Below, piece by piece: positions 38,260-51,545 of a DNA stretch of 64,000 bases. Numbering within the stretch: position 1 is the stretch's first letter; every line of letters begins with the position of its first letter. The stretch spans positions 24,185,856 through 24,249,855 of the forward strand of contig NC_069000.1 in assembly GCF_001194135.2 (NCBI RefSeq), in the 5' to 3' direction. The notes under the pieces were generated by a model. The model was not told where the DNA came from. It ran no database searches and saw only the letters and a program-made list of their open reading frames with translations. Both the position numbers and the translations under genes were made by a program. This DNA comes from Octopus bimaculoides (lineage: Eukaryota).

Positions 38260-38632
38260 ATAATTTGGGTTCAATCCTACTGCGTGGCACCTTGACCAAG
38301 TGTCATCTACTGTAGCCTCGGGCCGACCAAAGCCTTGTGAGTGGATTTGGTAGACGGAAACTGACAGAAGCCCGTCGTATATATATGTGTATATATATTG
38401 ATGTTTTTGTGTCTTTGTCTGTGTTTGCCCCCCATTACCGCTTGACAACTGGTGTTGGTGTGTTTACGCTCCCGTAATTTAGCGGTTCGGTAAAAGAAAC
38501 CGATAGAATGAGTACCAGGCTTAAAAAATAAGTACTGTGGTCGATTTGTTCGACTAAAAATTCAAGGCGGTGCCCCAGCATGGCCGCAGTCTAATGACTG
38601 AAACAAGTAAAAGATAAAAGATAAAAGATAAA
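38260..38632 (+). mobile_element. SINE family A, near full length
   Basis: ctgcgtggcaccttgaccaagtgtc...ccagcatggccgcagtctaatgactgaaacaagtaaaagataaaagataaaag. Confidence 0.9.
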
Positions 38633-39155
38633 AAAGAAAGAATGATAAGGAAAACACTAGTTCGATGCTTAAATCTGATCCAGGCCGTTTTGGATTGATT
38701 TATCGTCTAATATTAGTTCAGTTAATATCAGTATCTTTAAAATGTTAAAACGGTAATTAGAGACAACGTTAAAAAAAGGTAATTAGAGATAATTATGTAG
38801 TTAAGGAAAGACTATGTACCCCCCCCCCCNNNNNNNNNNNNNNNCACACACACACACCCACGCACACACACACGCGCACACACATGCACTAATATAGGCA
38901 ACCGCACATTCATATACGTACAAGCACATCCAAATATATCTGTACATGCGACATGTTCCTCCATAAATATTTGAATATATATGGATGTATTAATATGTAA
39001 ATACGCATATATACATGTACGCACATATATGTATACATATGTAATATAATATAATATAATATAATATAATATAATATAATATAATATAATTTATTTACAC
39101 ATCTGTACTATAGTGGTATATAAAATATATAATATATGTGTTTCTGCATATACGT

Positions 39156-39228
<73 letters not shown>

Positions 39229-39294
39229 TAATACATACATACATACATACATACATAATAGAAACATAATAGAAAGAATGAAAAAACAAAATAC

Positions 39295-39620
39295 ATTTTA
39301 TCTTTCGCTGGTTTGTCTGAATCATCTGTTATGAGAAATTGGCTGGCAAACTTTTCATATCTTTCATTATTATTTGTCATCCCGTTGATGTCCTTCCCAT
39401 GAAACAAAATATCATTGGCTGGGTTTGAATCACAATCTCCACAGATTCCCTCCACTTTATTAGCGTATTGTTGAGCCAAACTTATCACCACTTTATGGAC
39501 ACCGTCAAACCTTACAATCAGGCCACCGCCAAACTCCAGTTTCATGTACTGTCCTTCTATCGTTATATTTAACATGCCGTCACTAGTTTTGTAAGGAATT
39601 GCCATCTTCTTGCCGTCAAC
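39295..39620 (-). CDS. gene 1 exon: VWD domain, C-terminal half
   Basis: VDGKKMAIPY...VRFDGVHKVVISLAQQYANKVEGICGDCDSNPAND; acceptor gcttttttag|, donor AAAAT|gtattt, phase 0->2. Confidence 0.9.
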
Positions 39621-39634
39621 CTAAAAAAGCCCGC

Positions 39635-39708
<74 letters not shown>

Positions 39709-39834
39709 TTGAAAAATAAATCACGTGTTTCCTGTTTTAAAGCAAGAGCTCGCTTTGAAAATGTGCATGAAGGTATTGAAAATTAACAATGTTAAAGTTT
39801 AACGAAATTGTTCAACAGAAAATATGAAAAATAA

Positions 39835-40010
39835 GAGAACAGGATGCACAATATACATATATACTTCTACTGCAGAATTGCAAGGAGAAGGGATGGCTGT
39901 CGTGGCTATTCCCAGTCGAGATTGATTGTAGAGGATTTCCTGTGCAGTTAGTATGGAGAATACTTACAACGATTGGATTAAGAGGAAAAGCGCGCAAAGA
40001 GAAGCAGTAG
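39835..40010 (+). mobile_element. HERO-type (restriction-like endonuclease) non-LTR retrotransposon C-terminal fragment
   Basis: LLQNCKEKGWLSWLFPVEIDCRGFPVQLVWRILTTIGLRGKARK. Confidence 0.7.
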
Positions 40011-40256
40011 AAAGAAACTCTTGCTGGTGATGGTGTCAGAAATGAAAGTCAAGCTGGAAGCCAGGAGGAGATGATAAGCAGTGATTTAACCATCTCTGCT
40101 AACGCACCAACGAGAAGGCGTTATGGTTCAAGATTGAAACACTCAATGATTGTTGGATACCATCTGATGGCATTAGTTCCTCCTGGTCAAAGCTACAATC
40201 ACCAGAGGTGAAAGAAAAGGAAGCATCGTCTTCTTTTGGATGATATTAATGTAATA

Positions 40257-40327
<71 letters not shown>

Positions 40328-41059
40328 NNNNNNNNNNNNNNNNNNNNNNNNNNNNNNNNNNNNNNNNNNNNNNNNNNNNNNNNNNNNNNNNNNNNNNNNN
40401 NNNNNNNNNNNNNNNNNNNNNNNNNNNNNNNNNNNNNNNNNNNNNNNNNNNNNNNNNNNNNNNNNNNNNNNNNNNNNNNNNNNNNNNNNNNNNNNNNNNN
40501 NNNNNNNNNNNNNNNNNNNNNNNNNNNNNNNNNNNNNNNNNNNNNNNNNNNNNNNNNNNNNNNNNNNNNNNNNNNNNNNNNNNNNNNNNNNNNNNNNNNN
40601 NNNNNNNNNNNNNNNNNNNNNNNNNNNNNNNNNNNNNNNNNNNNNNNNNNNNNNNNNNNNNNNNNNNNNNNNNNNNNNNNNNNNNNNNNNNNNNNNNNNN
40701 NNNNNNNNNNNNNNNNNNNNNNNNNNNNNNNNNNNNNNNNNNNNNNNNNNNNNNNNNNNNNNNNNNNNNNNNNNNNNNNNNNNNNNNNNNNNNNNNNNNN
40801 NNNNNNNNNNNNNNNNNNNNNNNNNNNNNNNNNNNNNNNNNNNNNNNNNNNNNNNNNNNNNNNNNNNNNNNNNNNNNNNNNNNNNNNNNNNNNNNNNNNN
40901 NNNNNNNNNNNNNNNNNNNNNNNNNNNNNNNNNNNNNNNNNNNNNNNNNNNNNNNNNNNNNNNNNNNNNNNNNNNNNNNNNNNNNNNNNNNNNNNNNNNN
41001 NNNNNNNNNNNNNNNNNNNNNNNNNNNNNNNNNNNNNNNNNNNNNNNNNNNNNNNNNNN

Positions 41060-41735
41060 TTTTTATTTTAATTAATATTTTTTTAATTTTAAATTTTAAT
41101 TTTAAATTCAAATTTTTAGAGTTTTAAGTTAGGTTTATCTGATATTATGAGACGGAAGGAATTTTTCATGCGATTATTTTTCACTCATTTTGATTTATTT
41201 ATTTATTTATTTATTTATTCAATTCGAAGGGAAGCTACTTTCTATTATTCGAGGGTAGCCATTTGTAAAGAAATGAATTTCTTTTTCTTTTCGTTTGAAA
41301 TCATCATATTATTAACTTTGAATTATAGCATTAATAACGTTTTAGTGGATAATATATTGGCTTTTAATTTTTTAACCTTTTAATTAGCTAACTCTATAAT
41401 TCTTAGTAGTTAATAGATTATTTGTTTCATTATCTTTATGCGTAGTTTAGACCGTAAGGACAAATGTTGTTATCAAATATTTATATATTGTGAATTGTTA
41501 TTTTAATCAACGCTGAAATGGATTTTTATATATATTCTTTTTCTGGTTTTGATTGGTCTGGCGTTCGGGTAATTTCCTTCTATCATAATTTAATTGTTTG
41601 TTCCTTTCTGGACTCTTAAAGGTCTTTATATATTTGTTAGTCGAACCCATTCATTCCAATAATGAATTCCTGAAGAAAAGCCTAATTTTGATTTCAGAAA
41701 GATTATTTCTTTCGCTTTGTTTTGGAATTAATTAA
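41060..41735 (-). repeat. third copy of the AT-rich fold-back arm
   Basis: Reverse complement of about 34040-34720. Confidence 0.85.
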
Positions 41736-42267
41736 CATGATGAAATAACAGGAAGAAAGAGGCTGAGTGAAAGGGAGATAATAACGGCGACCCGGCTGAA
41801 CTAGGGTGCGCAAGTGCGTGTGTGTATGTGAGAATGGTGTCTGTGAATGCGTATGTGTGAATGGACGCGAGCGCGTGAATGTATGTGTGGGCGAACTTAA
41901 AATCATGTGGGCGTGTGTGTGTATGTGTATAAGTAACCCAGTGCGTACAATTTGTTGAGTGATGTGCTTTTCATGGATGTGTGTGTGCGTATGGACGTGT
42001 GAACATGTGTGTGGGATTATCATGTGTGTGTGTGTGTAAACGCATGGGCCTGTGTGTGTGTGTGTGTATGAGAGTGTGTGTGTATGTGTACAAGTAACCT
42101 AGTGCGTGCGTTGTGTGGAGTGATGTGAGTTTCGTGTATTTGCGCGGGCGCGTGCATATGGACCTGTGTATGTGTGTACGTGTACGTGTGTGTGAGCAAA
42201 CGCTTGTGTGCAGCAGTTGATGTATGCTTGTTCGGGTGATGTGTGCACGTGTGTATGTGTGTGGTGC

Positions 42268-42484
42268 GGACTGGCTGTGTGGTAAGAAGCTTGTTTCCTA
42301 ATCACATGGTTCCGGATTCAGTCCCACTGTATGTCACATTGGGCAAGTATCTTCTACTATAGCATCGGGCGACAAAAACCTTGTGATTGAATTTGGTAGA
42401 CGGAAACTGAAAAGAAAGCTGTCATATATATATATTTTGTCGCCCGATGCTATAGTAGAAGATACTTGCCCAATGTGACATACA
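42268..42484 (+). mobile_element. SINE family A head with a local 50-bp inverted duplication
   Basis: 42328-42377 is the exact reverse complement of 42435-42484. Confidence 0.9.
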
Positions 42485-42504
42485 TATACATAACCCGGAT
42501 GATA

Positions 42505-42830
42505 GTCGGTGGTTCTGGATAACAACAGCGAAAGCGATGCTTTCAGACTAGTGACCGTTTTTGCCCCGTCTAGAACAGAGTGGCACTTATCTAAGTTTTT
42601 GAGAACGTTGTAAACGTTGGTATAAGAGGGGACTTACATGGGACCGTACGCTGGTATTTTGTGAAGTATCCGATCAGTTTCCAACTGTCTGTTCGGTACT
42701 GACTATACTTAACGAATGTATCAATGTGGACTTGAATAAACTGTACCCGGCAATCCAGGTCGTAAATAGATATTTGGGAGGTCGTTAGTGTAGGGTGGTC
42801 AGAATTTTGGCTGGTCTGTTATATAGACCA
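42505..42830 (+). mobile_element. possible L1/Tx1-like APE endonuclease remnant
   Basis: AFRLVTVFAPSRTE resembles FRLVAVYAP; heavily degenerate. Confidence 0.35.
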
Positions 42831-43236
42831 CAAGTTTATGATCTGCATAGCCAATCTAAATGAGGTATATAGATGTATGCTTGAAAATCTTATATCCAAT
42901 GTAGAAATCAAAATAATTCTATAGTAAATCGTGTCTATCTCATAGAATCTATTTTTGGGGAGAGAAAGTTTTCAGGGAAGCTCTCTTCGAAAAGATATTG
43001 GATTACCAGTTTTTCGACATCAGGGTACTTAATTTTTCTCTCTTTTTCTCAGACCAACGCGGCCGACTGTTTTTTTCTATAAATACAAGTTGCGTATTTA
43101 CGGCACTCATACTTAAACACATGCACGCACGCACACTCACGCATGCATACCCACAAACACATGCGTCCTGCCACACATTTACGCACCCAGTCGCCTTCGC
43201 GCACTGAAAAACTGAAGAGTGACAGTTATTACTCAC

Positions 43237-43487
43237 AGATAGATATTTGGTGAGATGCAAGCGGTAAACGTGGCCACCAATCTTTACATCGACCGACCTG
43301 GTAAAAGCTCGGTCCCGATGCTTGAATGTGCCGCGGTGTTCATTCTTCACCTCTACACCAAATGGGAATTTCACATTGTGGATAGTTTTCGACATGACAT
43401 ATTTGCAATCCCCGAACAAATACAAACTGTTGGAGTCATAAGTTCGATAGTGAGGATCTCCTGATGCGAAGCAGGTGCAGCGGCCTT
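43237..43487 (-). CDS. gene 1 exon: VWD domain, N-terminal half
   Basis: EGRCTCFASGDPHYRTYDSNSLYLFGDCKYVMS...VEVKNEHRG...FTRSVDVKI; acceptor ccctacag|, donor TCT|gtgagt, phase 1->0. Confidence 0.92.
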
Positions 43488-44069
43488 CTGTAGGGATCAG
43501 AACTACGGCTTTTAGAAAACACAAATCTAAATACTGTTGGAAAGCATCGCTATAAACTTAGACGACTGAGTTATGTTATAAATACTACTAGAACATGGCT
43601 GTATTGAAGCAATTTCAAATATGAAATAAATATGATTTCTAAACACAGAACTATGCAGTCATCTTTGAAACCAAAAGTACTAAAGGTATGTAGGAAATTT
43701 AGTTCTGAACATGCTTTTAAAGCATGATTCTATACATTTTAAGGAATCTTATTTGACATTTGAAGTTGTGAATGTGTTTGCAGTGATTATACACCGGTCA
43801 CACAATACTCTGTGCCGTAACAAACACACCACACAGTGCTATAATTTATCGCTTCAAACTACATCATACAACAGGTAAAACGTCACTCCAAATGATGTAA
43901 CGGCATATCAAAAGCAATACATCGCCCATTCATTCTATGCCACATTTTTAGCTCGATACCAACTTGCATAATAACATGTTATTCTATATCTATAGTACGT
44001 CACATGCCATGTAAAAGACCATAAGCAGCACGTCATAACCTGCTGTAGTACATTATAATATTGGTTTCA

Positions 44070-44272
44070 AATTTTGGCACAAGGCCAGCAGTTTCGGAGG
44101 AAGGGGAAAGTCGATTACATCGACTCCAGTCCTCAACTGGTACTTATTTTATTGACTTCGAGAGGATAAAAGGTAAGGTCGAACTCGGCGGAGTTTGAAC
44201 GCAGAAAATAAAGATGGACGAAATACCGCAAAGCATTTTCCCCGGCGTACTAACGATTCTGTTAGCTCGCCA
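44070..44272 (-). mobile_element. SINE family B
   Basis: ggtacttattttattgac...gtcgaactcggcggagtttgaac...gattctgttagctcgcc. Confidence 0.8.
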
Positions 44273-44379
44273 AGTACATCATAATGTGACAGAACTCATT
44301 ATATCGCACCACGATACTTCACACTGTTGCTCATCACATTATGTCACAAGCAAGTACAGATAGCCTCATCACAACGCAA

Positions 44380-44700
44380 CAAATACAGTTCAGTACCGTA
44401 CATCACATAACACTACGCAACACACCTCACCACAGAACATCGCATATCAACATATCCCGACAATGCACTACAATGCACTACAATGCATCATATCGCATCA
44501 CATCACACTAAACCATTTTACATCACACCACATCGTATCATATCACATCACATCACAGCTTGCCAGAACAAAATTCCCTTTATCTCATCACACTACAACG
44601 CACAACCCTTCCTCATCCCGCATAACATTACACCATAATCCATCATATCACATCATATCACAACATATCACAATAGTAACTGGACTCAGTACACGATTCT
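44380..44700. repeat. degenerate (ACATC)n-like low-complexity repeat
   Basis: catcacatcacac/acatcatatcac reiterated. Confidence 0.7.
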
Positions 44701-44792
44701 ACATAACTAGCGACTCTTACAAATAATTATTTTAGTCAATTTCCACCTAATCTCAGCCTACCAATAGGAATAAATAAATAGGAGAACCGTAT

Positions 44793-44832
<40 letters not shown>

Positions 44833-45037
44833 CGTCACATAGTTCTATTCCATCACCAGTATAACCTTCGTTACAGGTACACATATGTACCCCTTTTATT
44901 ATTTGGCAGTGTGCATTATTGTGACATTCAGTTTCTCCACATTTCTCTGGAAGATAAAAACAAAAGATTTTAAAAGAAAAACATTTAAAAATAAAGCAAA
45001 TGATTAAACTGTATTTTACTTGTAGAAATGTTTCATG

Positions 45038-45913
45038 TTGGGAATACCCAAAAGAAATCGGAGTTTTGCAATATTATTTTATTCACTTAGTTTTAGATGT
45101 TTACATTTTTATCGCCTTCCAAGTATTCTCCATTTGAAGCAATGCATTGGTCCACACGCGTTTTCCACTATTCGATGTAGTGCTGGAACACTTGCGAAGT
45201 GATGCTTTTTAACGCCTCCGTCGTTTTTTCTTCACCTCTTCCACATCTACAAATTCCGTAGCATCAGCTTACGTCACCAGTGATGACCTTCGAAAAAAGG
45301 TCCGGATCAACTTTCGACTATTCTTTCAGTTCACGACACGCATTCAGTCGTGACTGCTTTTGATCTTCCGTGAACAAGCGTGGCACAAATTTTGCTGCAA
45401 CTCTTTTCATTCGCAATTCCTCGCTCAAAATTCGTTGGCAAGAGCTCCAGAACACACCAGTCATATCAACAAGTTCGTCAATTGTTCGGTGACAGTCCTC
45501 CAAGATCAGTTTATAAATTCTCATGATGTTTTCATTCGTTCGGGAAGTCGATGGCTGTCCTGAACGAGGTTGGTCTTCAAGCGACAAGTGACCATTCCTA
45601 AAGCGCGGCAACCACTCTTAAACTGATGTTTTGCTCATGACAGTGTCCTTGTAAGCTGTTTGAAGTACGAGAATTGCTTCAACCGTAAAAAGAATTTCAC
45701 AGAAGCACGCTGTTCCTTCGTTACAGCCATCACAAAAATCAACGAAGAGGGGAGACACACTGCAAAACAAAGACGCACCACGTGACAGTACGACTGCAGT
45801 CGATGACGCTAGTCGGCGGTTTGATGTCTAAGGCATCTAGCAGCAGAAGCCTGAACTACAACGGGCTTGTCCCACAGAGAACGTTTCCGGTTACTTTTGG
45901 GTACCCTCTCGTA
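45038..45913 (-). mobile_element. mariner internal-deletion derivative with both TIRs
   Basis: TIRs gggaatacccaaaagaaatcgg and ccggttacttttgggtaccctctcgta; N-terminal HTH (EDQPRSGQPSTS..KRVAAKFVPRL) joined to the C-terminus near 45252; most of the catalytic domain is missing. Confidence 0.88.
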
Positions 45914-47674
45914 CCTGTGATCAAAGACATGCTGACCGTGACGATTTCGTCTTTTTAGGTATAGTTTATCTCAGACTATATTTTGCAACGTTTTCTTCCT
46001 TTTTAAAAGAAGGTTAGGTATAATTTGAAGGAAATCTACAGTTATTTTTAGCAGGTCGGACGCTCACATAGCTCAGATATTCCCAAGGTTATTTTACTGT
46101 GAATTTCTTATGACATTTCCAACAAACACGGAATCAACATCTTTATTTTATGGTCAAGTTCCACCATTCTAATTTAATTAATCATTAGATGAAATAAAAA
46201 TTGATTTAAAGACATAATCTAATTAACAAAAAAAAAGAACAACAAATAATAATTGCTTATTATTTTGAAAAGGGCGAATACAATTTTTTTTTATAAAATA
46301 AACTTTTATTGAATTATCTTAAAAGGACCTTAAAATTTCATTAAAAATTTTTTAAAATGCTCTCGTGGGATCTCATATTTATTCACGGAACCTTGGAGTT
46401 CATCAGAATCCACTTTGTTTAATAGTGATGTAAGGCTACCACGTTGCCTCGCAAAAAAATATTTGTTGTTATTGTTGAAGAGGAAGAAAGTGTGCAGATT
46501 AGCTCTCATCCAACATATTTATGATCTAAAACGTTTCAACTGTAACCAATCTTTATTTCAAGACTCTCTTTGTTCAAATAGTGTGTCAAGTACAAGCCAG
46601 CATAGTGGTCTTACTTCAGGTATAATCAATATCTAAGAGATATTAACTAAGACCTATCGGGAATCGTATGGTGTTGTTGTTGCTTAGTCCCAAGTTCTGA
46701 TTAAACAGCTCGAAAGTGTTACATTTGTGACCATCTTTGTATACTGAATCCAAGACTACATTATCCTGGATGTTAACATCTCTTGGCCTTTTTAAGTTGT
46801 CAGAATGTGATTCGAGGCAGATTTAACCGCTTTTATAGCAGGCCGAACATTGACTCAAGAGTCGCAAGTAGAAGTGAGGTGATATGGCTGTCTGGAAATT
46901 GAACCTTCATCGCAAAATTTAAGGACGGTAGGGAAGACTTGTTATTATTCGTAAGTACATTATGGCTTCCCGTTCCAATCAACGTGCATAGACTCTCACA
47001 CATATATCTGAATCGCATTGGGCATACGAAAGAGCAGTGTTTTCTCGGACACTCCGCTCATATGAGAGTTTCGATGATGCTGTGTTATATGGTGGATCGA
47101 TGACCCCTTTGCTTGATATAAATATACCTGAAGTAGAGCTACTTCTGGTTTTTCCAACGATCGGCTCGGTCTACCTAAAGAAGTAATCATGTCAAAGTTT
47201 TTATTTTAATTACTTCGTAAGAGGAACCAGAGTAGTGTCTAATAACACTTATCAGAGCCTCTGAGATTGGTGGAAGTTATCAAACCAAAGATTTAGTCAG
47301 AAGATTTGCAACAAAGTGAACACTCAAATATTGAGTGGATAAAGTATTGTACAGCAACGAACCCACTTTTCATTGCAATCAGCTATAAAACCAGTGGCGC
47401 TAAAAGAGATTGGGACGACCTGAAACCAGTAGCACTTCAGGTCTTCTTTTTTTTTTTAATACGGATTTACGTTATCATCCACTCTTGGTGGTTCACATGC
47501 TAGTTAACCCATAGCTGGAACACTGACAGATGCTGCTCCTCCGAGTCAGAATAAACCTGGGAACAATAGTAGCTAAGAGGTGCTTCCACACTTCTCAAAG
47601 CTGTGGAACCCCCGTACCAGGACGCCACTATCGGATGCAGTTTAAAGACATACCGAAGACAATACATACATACA

Positions 47675-47707
<33 letters not shown>

Positions 47708-48299
47708 GTGTGTGTGTGTGTGTATATATGTGCGCGCACGCACACACACACACACACACATACACACGCACATATGTGTGTGTGTGCGCGTATGTTTATG
47801 TTTACAGCGCTGTAAAATATGTGGTTTATTTATAATGTGTTGCTTTACTTACGGTTACTTAGCAGTTCTACAAATGTAACCGATAAATTATTTAGAAGAC
47901 TAAAATAAGTAACGAAATTGATCTAACCGAATTAAATTTTTGAAGGCTTTATGCCAACATGCCCGCAGTCCACTGAGTGAAACCAGTTAAAGAATATAGA
48001 CATGGCTGAATCTGAATTATAACACAACTGTTAATAACTTCATTGACTTGAGCATGAGTGACTATAAAGGAAAAAAAAGTAAGCATCAGCAATGATGGCA
48101 CCACCAACCAATAACTCAGGAGGGAAGCTTGCATGTGGTCACTCATCGATCTACCACAAATAGCAACCAAATCTGTCTATAAGCTCACATTGGACAATGT
48201 AGTCCCGGATGAGCTTCATCTGAATAAGTCAGTTGGGATGGTTGATTAGAGCTAAACAAAAACAAGACGTGAATTCGAAATGATTATAATTGATCTTAC

Positions 48300-48446
48300 C
48301 TTTTACACAAGTGTGGACGCCATCTCCAACGTATCCCACTGTACACTTGCATTTGCCTTGGACACAGATTGCGTGAAAGTGACAACGGGGACAAATTGAT
48401 TTCACAAAAGATTTAGAAGCTCTGGGATTGGACTTGGTGAATTTAG
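48300..48446 (-). CDS. gene 1 exon: EGF-like domain
   Basis: ICPRCHFHAICVQGKCKCTVGYVGDGVHTCVK; acceptor ttctttacag|, donor AAAG|gtaaga; 147 nt, phase 1->1. Confidence 0.9.
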
Positions 48447-49289
48447 CTGTAAAGAAGATTGCAAATAAGTTAATAAACAAGCAGTTTATTAAATGAATCT
48501 ATTATGGTGTACATTTATGAATGTACGTCAGTGACCGTTTTACAATTAGTTGAGAAAGAAAGGTTCCTAGTTCAAGTCCAGCCTGATTCTGTGTACACAT
48601 CCAGGGATAAGACAGCAGATGATGATTTCAAATAAAATATAGTATAGATGTAAATATTAGAAAAAATAGAATAAAAACAACAACAATAAAAAAAGCAAAA
48701 GAAAACAACGAAATAAAGCAAATTAATTGCTGAAGACGAAGTTAAGAGTTCAACAAATATAACTTTATTTTATAAATGAAATTTTGTTCGATTTTAAAGT
48801 GAAAATCTCAGTACATTGCTCTGTTGAGACAGTTCACAAGTTACAAATCCAACGTCTTCATATTTTGGCATCATTCAAGGAAGATCACGAAGCAGTAGAA
48901 TTGGTGGAGGTATTGGGTGACAATATCGTTTACTACATTTATTTATATACTTTTCTAAGTTCCAATCCTACTGATGTCAACTTGCTTTTCATCCATTCTA
49001 GAATCTATAAATTCATTATCGGTCATATTTCAAGATAAACTGAGTTGGCTTTAATCCACCCCACTTTAGAAATTTGTCATTGTGTTAGTCTTAGAATTTA
49101 CATTCTGGTACCAACAAACAGCAATACGTTTAAGAACAAAATCGCCGACTCCTACCCTACTAAAAAGGCATGTCTTTCAGATACAAGGGTTTTCATCGAA
49201 AATCATAAAATAGTTGTATAGAATATGTCTGACCATTCTTTTGATCTCCGCAGTCAAGATACTACAAGATTTTGATTTTATGAAGAATA

Positions 49290-50107
49290 TACGAGGTGGT
49301 ATTAAAACGTACCTGGACTAGCTCTGTAGTGCGCCATCAGATGGCAGCACACGGTTGCGTGCTCAGTGAGAGGTGGCAGTGACCTTCAGGAGACAGTGTG
49401 TCGAGTGACATCGTTCGCAAGTTGTGAAATATGTGTTTTTGTGATTACGTGTATGCTGTAGTCTGCGATTTTCTCGTGGACAGGAACAAAGAGCTAACGT
49501 TAAACTTTGGAAGTCTGCTACAGAGACTTTGAGCATGCTTCGGCAAGCTTACGTTGACGAGGCAATAGGTCATACGCAATGTTTCGAGTGACACGGGCGC
49601 TTCAAAATGGGAAGAACGTCCTTGGATGAACGATCTGGAAAACCTACCACAAGCGTCACCTCCGGAAATGTATTGTTCATGGAGAATTCGTCCGTTAGGG
49701 CCAGGTCGTCAATCGAGAGTTCTACCATGAGGTTTTGAAGCCTTTGAGGGAGGGCATTCGGCGAAAGCAACCAAATCTGTGGAGTGCGAAGAACTGGATT
49801 CTTCACGACGACAATGCACCCTGTCAACGAGTTCTCCCCACTTGTGAGTTTCTCGTCAAAATTAACATGGCATCGCTTTCGCACCCGCTCTATTCGCCAG
49901 ATTTAGCACCTGCGGACTTCCAACTCTTCCCCAAAATGAAAATGCAACTCAAAGATTGCCATTTTAACACTGTTGTCGAGACCTAGAGCAAATTGCAGAA
50001 GGTCCTCGACTCGCTTACTGGAAACGACTTCCAGGCCAGATTCCAAAAGTGGCAAGAAAGCTGGGAGCAATGTATTGCTGCGCAAGGTGACTATTTCGAA
50101 GGAGATG
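49290..50107 (+). mobile_element. mariner remnant (different TIR), internally deleted, runs into a gap
   Basis: WILHDDNAP, HPLYSPDLAPADFQLFPKMK, QCIAAQGDYFEGD; begins tacgagg. Confidence 0.88.
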
Positions 50108-50654
50108 NNNNNNNNNNNNNNNNNNNNNNNNNNNNNNNNNNNNNNNNNNNNNNNNNNNNNNNNNNNNNNNNNNNNNNNNNNNNNNNNNNNNNNNNNNNNN
50201 NNNNNNNNNNNNNNNNNNNNNNNNNNNNNNNNNNNNNNNNNNNNNNNNNNNNNNNNNNNNNNNNNNNNNNNNNNNNNNNNNNNNNNNNNNNNNNNNNNNN
50301 NNNNNNNNNNNNNNNNNNNNNNNNNNNNNNNNNNNNNNNNNNNNNNNNNNNNNNNNNNNNNNNNNNNNNNNNNNNNNNNNNNNNNNNNNNNNNNNNNNNN
50401 NNNNNNNNNNNNNNNNNNNNNNNNNNNNNNNNNNNNNNNNNNNNNNNNNNNNNNNNNNNNNNNNNNNNNNNNNNNNNNNNTATGTTTTATTTATATTCCT
50501 GCAGAACCAATGTGGGGTATAGAATATGGAATATACAATATATAATATAATATACAATATATAATATAAAATAAAATAAAATAAAAATGGATGGCACCAT
50601 GAAAGAAAGTATTGAATGTAGATGAAATATTGAGTGTTCAATATAAAGGATCAA

Positions 50655-50713
<59 letters not shown>

Positions 50714-50829
50714 AACCTAACATAATTTTCCATGCCAACAACTACAATAAAGTAGTAATTATCAACATAGCAATACCAAACGACTATATTGTTGTTCACA
50801 AGGAAAACTGAAAAGTTTGCTTTGTGAAA

Positions 50830-51000
50830 GGAATTATACCGATATAGATGTTGAATTAATGCATTATAGAACGACTGGAGTGATACACAACCATTTCTGT
50901 AAAGACATTGAAAGATTATTTATAAGGATAGATATAAGTACGTTCCAGAAAATAGCAATACTAGGATTTGTAAATATTATTAAGGCACTCTCGTGCAGCA
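50830..51000 (+). mobile_element. degenerate R4-like C-terminal fragment
   Basis: TGVIHNHFCKDIERLFIRIDISTFQKIAILG. Confidence 0.45.
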
Positions 51001-51149
51001 TAGTTTTCTGCATGCATCTCAAGATGTACTTAATTTTTGTTTTAAGAAAGGTAACTTTTGATGTATTTCTTAAGCATGTATTTCTTAAGCATTAAGAAAA
51101 AAAAAACAAAAAAAAATATGATAATTGTATACTGTTTCCTATTTTAGGT

Positions 51150-51545
51150 ATGCGGCCAGTAATTTTGAAGAGATGGAAGTAGGTGATATCAGAGATCCTC
51201 GTACTTGACTGGTACTTTATTTTATCGGTCCCGAAAGAATGAAAGGCAAAGTGAGACTCGGTAGGATTTGATCTGAAAGTCTGAAGAAATGCTACAAAAG
51301 TTTTTTCTCCGACGCTCTAACGTCAATCTATAATCCTAAAAATGTTAACAATAATTGTTTTCAATCTAAGCACAATGCCAGCAGTTTTGAGGGAATTGGA
51401 TTCGTCGATACATTAGTCAGAACTTAACTGGTACTTTATTTTATAGCCCTCGAAACAATGAAAGGTAAAGTTGACCTTAGCGGGAAGTGAACGTAAAGAT
51501 TCAGAAGAAATACTGTAAAGTATTTTGTCCATTACCAATCCAGTG
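51150..51545 (-). mobile_element. two tandem degenerate SINE family B copies
   Basis: actggtactttattttat...gaaaggcaaagt / gaaaggtaaagttgacc, twice. Confidence 0.7.
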
